From an uncultured virus (IMG/VR IMGVR_UViG_3300008116_000021) (lineage: Duplodnaviria; Heunggongvirae; Uroviricota; Caudoviricetes), in IMG/VR virus record IMGVR_UViG_3300008116_000021: DNA of 57,475 bases; one strand, written 5' to 3'. Every line of letters begins with the position of its first letter. Position 1 is the first letter of the stretch. Positions 53,312 to 57,475 of this stretch are shown here, piece after piece. Under the pieces are notes generated by a model. It saw only the letters and a program-made list of their open reading frames with translations. It was not told the origin of the DNA and searched no databases. The position numbers and the translations under genes were made by a program.

Positions 53312-56300
53312 TTATGATAGTTTTGACTTCAATTCATTTATCTGATTTTGTTGCTCTTTCACAACTTCAATCAGAAGACCGATCAATCCATTATAGTTAA
53401 CAGACTTGATTCCATCATTAGATTCATTAACAAGTTCTGGCATAATTTTCTCAATTTCTTGTGCTAGAACACCCGCAGAAGACTGGCAACTTTCCTTCCA
53501 TTCGAAGTTGACACCTCGAATTGACATGACCTTTTCAAGTGGATCTTTAATTGTGCGTACATTATTCTTCAATGCAGCATCAGAACTTGAGTTAAAGTCT
53601 GTCGCAGTAACAACCCCAACAACTAAAACATCTCCAATTACATGAAGTTTTGAGGTTGGAGTTGCAGTTGCAATACCAACGTTTGATGTTGTGTTAATTC
53701 CAGCGTTTGTTGTAACCCATTGAGAAGAACCACCACCTGTACCTTCATTAAGAATATAAATTACACCACCCATTGCTGCATGAGCAGTACACTGATAATA
53801 TAAAGTAGATGGAGCGTTATGTCTAACTTCCCATGTTAGAGTTCCATTCAAAACATCATTGTTTGTAATACCATCATTGTATTGAGTTCCTAAAGAACCA
53901 TTTGGAGTGCTCTGAATTCTAAATGGATGAGCACCCATTGTGTTTGTAAACCTGTATTTTTTACCCCTAATTAAATAAATTGTTGGATCAAATTCACTTC
54001 CAGTAAAACCAGGTCCAGTAAAAGTATAATCACTGCTGCCGTTAGAACCAAGAGTCCATTCAGTATATAAATCATCTTTCGCAGTTACAACAGTTGCTGT
54101 TAAAATTCCAACAGAAATACTATTTGAGGTTGTATTACCCCTGTTAGTAACACTATTAAGTGTGTCAGTTTCAGTGTAAGAAGTAAGATATATTGAGGAA
54201 TCGACTGATCCATCTGCCTTCAGGAATTGACTTGATGTTCCACCGGACTTAACAAGTGATGTTGCTGTTAAAATTCCAACAACTCTAACATTACCCAAAA
54301 CATCTAATTTAACATTTGGATTTGTGGTTCCTATACCAACATTTGAAAGTGTATGAATACCAGCATTTGTTGTAACCCACTGAGTGCTAATACCACTACC
54401 ACCACCTCCACCTGTTGCAGTGAATGTTAATGATTTTGGATTACTAGTATTGTTTGCTACGATTGTTATTCCACTACCAGCAACGAGGTTTAATGTTTCT
54501 TCACCAGTAGCTTGTACTTTATCATTAACATTACCACCAATAATTATTGGGTTGAATGATGATTCAGAGTTAATCAGAACTTCACCATTACCAAGATCTT
54601 GGACAGCAAATGGTGCTTTTGCAAATCTGATTGCTCTAACATTAGAAACTGCATCAGTAGAGTTAATACCAGCAGTTCTAGTACCAACTGTTAATGCAAA
54701 CCCAACTCCAGTTAGTCCAGAACCATCACCATAAATCTTATAAGCAGTGACAATACCAGCAGCCAATACCGCTGTGTTAGCGGATGTTACGACAGCAGTT
54801 GGATTTGTTGTACCTATACCGACATTAGAAAGTGTAATTCCAGTTGTACCATAAATCGTTACACCAGATCCAACCTTAAGAACATCTGTTGTACCATCGA
54901 GTGTAATTGAGGCGGTGCCAACTGTTAGAATTCCTGTAACTCTGGCATTACCAGTTACAACAAGTTGAGTTGTTGCTCCACCAACAACAGTATTTCCAAA
55001 GGTAGCAATACCAGTATATCTGATATTTGTGCCACTCAGAGTTGTGACTACACCAGTAACAATATTACCAGTGGTAGCATTAAGTGTAGTTAAGTTACCA
55101 GTCGTATAAGTGGCGTTAGAACCACTTAAGGTTGTGACTACGCCAGTAACAATATTTCCAGTCTGTAAAGTACCAGTATTATAGAAGGCATTAGTACCAG
55201 AAATCGTGGTAACAACACCAGTAACTATGTTTCCAGTCTGAAGGGTACCAGTATTGTAGAAGGCACTAGTACCACTAAGTGTGGTAACAACACCAGTAAC
55301 AATATTTCCAGTCTGTAAAGTACCAGTATTATAGAAGGCATTAGTACCAGAAATCGTTGTTACAATACCAGTAACAATGTTTCCAGTCTGTAGAGTACCA
55401 GTATTATAAAAAGCATTAGTACCCGAAATCGTGGTAACAACACCAGTAACAATGTTTCCAGTGGTAGCATTAAGTGTAGTTAAGTTACCAGTCGTATAAG
55501 TGGCATTGGTACCACTGAGTGTGGTAACAACACCAGTAACAATGTTACCGGTCTGAAGGGTACCAGTATTGTAGAAGGCACTAGTACCAATAAGTGTGGT
55601 AACAACACCAGTAACAATGTTACCTGTTGTGGCATTGGCAGTACCAAAGTTACCAGTGGTATAAGTCGCATTAGAACCACTTAAGGTTGTGACTACGCCA
55701 GTAACTATGTTGCCAGTCTGAAGAGTACCAGTATTATAAAATGCATTAGTACCAGAAATCGTAGTAACAACACCAGTTGCAATATATCCAGTAGTAGCAT
55801 TAATCGTTGGTAAGTTTGATGTACCAGTAACATTCAAACTTCCAAGTGTACCAACAGAAGTCAGTGAAGAGTTTACAACACCACTCCCAAGAGTTGTAGA
55901 ACTTAAGACTGATGTTCCATTAATCTCATACTGCTTACCAGAAACAAGGTTCCAATCTTCACTTGATGTCAGAGCACTAGCAGTATTATTCCAAGTGATT
56001 GTCTTACGAATACCAGTAGAACCAATGCCAATTCCAGCACCATCAAGAAGAGCATTAGTTCCTACAGTAGTTGCAATACCTACATTAAAATCAGCAAGTT
56101 CAATTGTTGTAGAGTTGACAACAAATTGAGTACCATCAACATACAAGTCACCTTTAATTCTTACTGCACCAGTATTATCTCCAACTGCTGCCGGATCAAT
56201 AATAAGTTCTGAAGGGCCTTGAATTTGACCAGTTAATTTAATATCACCAACTACATCTAATTTTGATGTTGGATTTGTGGTTCCTATTCCAACAGAACCA

Positions 56301-57475
56301 GAAACATAAGCACCACCATTAACCTGAAGTGGTTGTGATGCTGTTCCTGTTAAACTATTTGTATTAATTAATGTTGTACCATTAACGGCAAGTTTTACTG
56401 TTGGGTTTAATTGAGTATATCCAACACCAACATTACCAGTTGCTCTTGCAATATTGAGTGCATACTGAACTACTGAGTTTTCAAGAGTTCCAATTGTAAA
56501 TGTATCTTGAGAACTATCATATCTTATGATACCTCCGTATGCGGGAGTATCAAATTCTGTAATAACAATATCTCTTGTTCCAGTTCCACCAGAACCCCCA
56601 TCAATTCTTAATAGAGTTCCTTGAGTTCCACTAATATGAAGTGGGTTTTGTGGATTTGTATTTCCTATACCAAGATTACCAGAAACATAAGCACCACCAG
56701 TAACTTGAAGTCTTTGTGATGAGGTTCCTGTTAGTGTTCTGGTTCCAATCAAAAGTGAATTTGATTCTATTATATTAGAAGTAGAACTCATCTCCAAGAA
56801 TGTAGTGACTCCTATTACCGCACCAGAATAATTTCTCCTATTTCTAAATATTATTCTTTCATTGGTATCAACATCATCATTAACTTCAAGAACTAAAGAT
56901 CCAGTATTTGTTCCAGATGGAGATTCACCAAAGATTTGCCATCCATCATTATCACCCATTGTTTGTCTAATGGCATATTGTGGATTTGCAGTTGTTGTTC
57001 CAAATCCAACACCAGTTGGATTTTGTGGGAGAAGCAGTGCAGCATTTAAATTAACATTACTTGCAAAAGTAGAAACACCAGAGACATTTAATTGAGTAAC
57101 TGATAAGGTTGTTACGACACCAGTAACGATATTTCCAGTGGTAGCGTTAAGTGTGGTTAAATTACCAGTCGTATAAGTGGCATTAGAACCACTTAAGGTT
57201 GTTACGACACCAGTAACGATATTTCCAGTGGTAGCGTTAAGTGTGGTTAAATTACCAGTCGTATAAGTGGCATTAGAACCACTTAGAGTTGTGACTACAC
57301 CAGTAACAATGTTACCCGTTGCGATTGTAGCAGTTCCAGAAGTGAATAATGTCGTTACGATACCAGTAACAATGTTACCAGTCTGTAAGGTACCAGTATT
57401 ATAGAAGACATTGGTACCACTGAGTGTAGTAACAACACCAGTTACAATGTTACCTGTTGTGGCATTGGCAGTACC
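53312..57475 (-). CDS. long tail fibre (5' end beyond the window) with Thr-rich repeats, a cupredoxin-like domain and an S74 chaperone
   Basis: Frame is open from 57475 through the ORF-track start at 56959; VGIGTTNP motifs; SDAALK...GVLAQE...SVNYNGL. Confidence 0.88.
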   Translation of the reverse strand, partial: GTANATTGNIVTGVVTTLSGTNVFYNTGTLQTGNIVTGIVTTLFTSGTATIATGNIVTGVVTTLSGSNATYTTGNLTTLNATTGNIVTGVVTTLSGSNATYTTGNLTTLNATTGNIVTGVVTTLSVTQLNVSGVSTFASNVNLNAALLLPQNPTGVGFGTTTANPQYAIRQTMGDNDGWQIFGESPSGTNTGSLVLEVNDDVDTNERIIFRNRRNYSGAVIGVTTFLEMSSTSNIIESNSLLIGTRTLTGTSSQRLQVTGGAYVSGNLGIGNTNPQNPLHISGTQGTLLRIDGGSGGTGTRDIVITEFDTPAYGGIIRYDSSQDTFTIGTLENSVVQYALNIARATGNVGVGYTQLNPTVKLAVNGTTLINTNSLTGTASQPLQVNGGAYVSGSVGIGTTNPTSKLDVVGDIKLTGQIQGPSELIIDPAAVGDNTGAVRIKGDLYVDGTQFVVNSTTIELADFNVGIATTVGTNALLDGAGIGIGSTGIRKTITWNNTASALTSSEDWNLVSGKQYEINGTSVLSSTTLGSGVVNSSLTSVGTLGSLNVTGTSNLPTINATTGYIATGVVTTISGTNAFYNTGTLQTGNIVTGVVTTLSGSNATYTTGNFGTANATTGNIVTGVVTTLIGTSAFYNTGTLQTGNIVTGVVTTLSGTNATYTTGNLTTLNATTGNIVTGVVTTISGTNAFYNTGTLQTGNIVTGIVTTISGTNAFYNTGTLQTGNIVTGVVTTLSGTSAFYNTGTLQTGNIVTGVVTTISGTNAFYNTGTLQTGNIVTGVVTTLSGSNATYTTGNLTTLNATTGNIVTGVVTTLSGTNIRYTGIATFGNTVVGGATTQLVVTGNARVTGILTVGTASITLDGTTDVLKVGSGVTIYGTTGITLSNVGIGTTNPTAVVTSANTAVLAAGIVTAYKIYGDGSGLTGVGFALTVGTRTAGINSTDAVSNVRAIRFAKAPFAVQDLGNGEVLINSESSFNPIIIGGNVNDKVQATGEETLNLVAGSGITIVANNTSNPKSLTFTATGGGGGSGISTQWVTTNAGIHTLSNVGIGTTNPNVKLDVLGNVRVVGILTATSLVKSGGTSSQFLKADGSVDSSIYLTSYTETDTLNSVTNRGNTTSNSISVGILTATVVTAKDDLYTEWTLGSNGSSDYTFTGPGFTGSEFDPTIYLIRGKKYRFTNTMGAHPFRIQSTPNGSLGTQYNDGITNNDVLNGTLTWEVRHNAPSTLYYQCTAHAAMGGVIYILNEGTGGGSSQWVTTNAGINTTSNVGIATATPTSKLHVIGDVLVVGVVTATDFNSSSDAALKNNVRTIKDPLEKVMSIRGVNFEWKESCQSSAGVLAQEIEKIMPELVNESNDGIKSVNYNGLIGLLIEVVKEQQNQINELKSKLS
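55030..55810. repeat. 75/90-bp tandem repeats encoding TGNIV-TGVVT-T(L/I)SGT-NAFYN-TGTLQ pentapeptide units; second block at ~57105-57475
   Basis: About 10 units visible in both DNA and protein. Confidence 0.9.

Noticed and set aside
1..57475. Alternative genetic code, introns, inteins or homing endonucleases
   Set aside because: Core genes translate full-length in the standard code, and no splicing or endonuclease motifs were recognised.

Overview
57.5-kb internal fragment of a T4-like cyanomyovirus, probably freshwater and picocyanobacterium-infecting (inferred from gene content and sigma70/NtcA/late-promoter signals). Almost all genes are on the minus strand. Left to right: (1) 1-11.5 kb, small early hypothetical genes with four 2OG-Fe(II) oxygenases, a cupin ('hn'-type) gene and an SF2 helicase; (2) 11.5-35.4 kb, virion and baseplate genes (two large fibre/structural proteins, a split gp5, gp27-like, tape-measure-like, gp51, gp26, gp54-like, and a plus-strand gp4-gp2-gp48-gp53 block), with an embedded tRNA-Ile(UAU) operon; (3) 35.4-43.4 kb, replication/metabolism genes (Mom-like DNA modifier, gp32, gp59, gp33, exonuclease, phoH, thyX, nrdC); (4) 43.5-57.5 kb, modular repeat-rich tail-fibre genes, several broken by abrupt out-of-frame junctions. 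The most striking locus is 40.8-41.8 kb: two tandem glutamine-riboswitch-like aptamers, each carrying a small paralogous ORF in its P2 loop, preceded by an NtcA box and followed by a DUF4278 (GifB-related) mini-operon. Also notable are a stand-alone ~100-nt structured RNA with its own promoter and terminator, and a circularly permuted M23 peptidase. All family assignments come from motif recognition by eye; no database searches were run.
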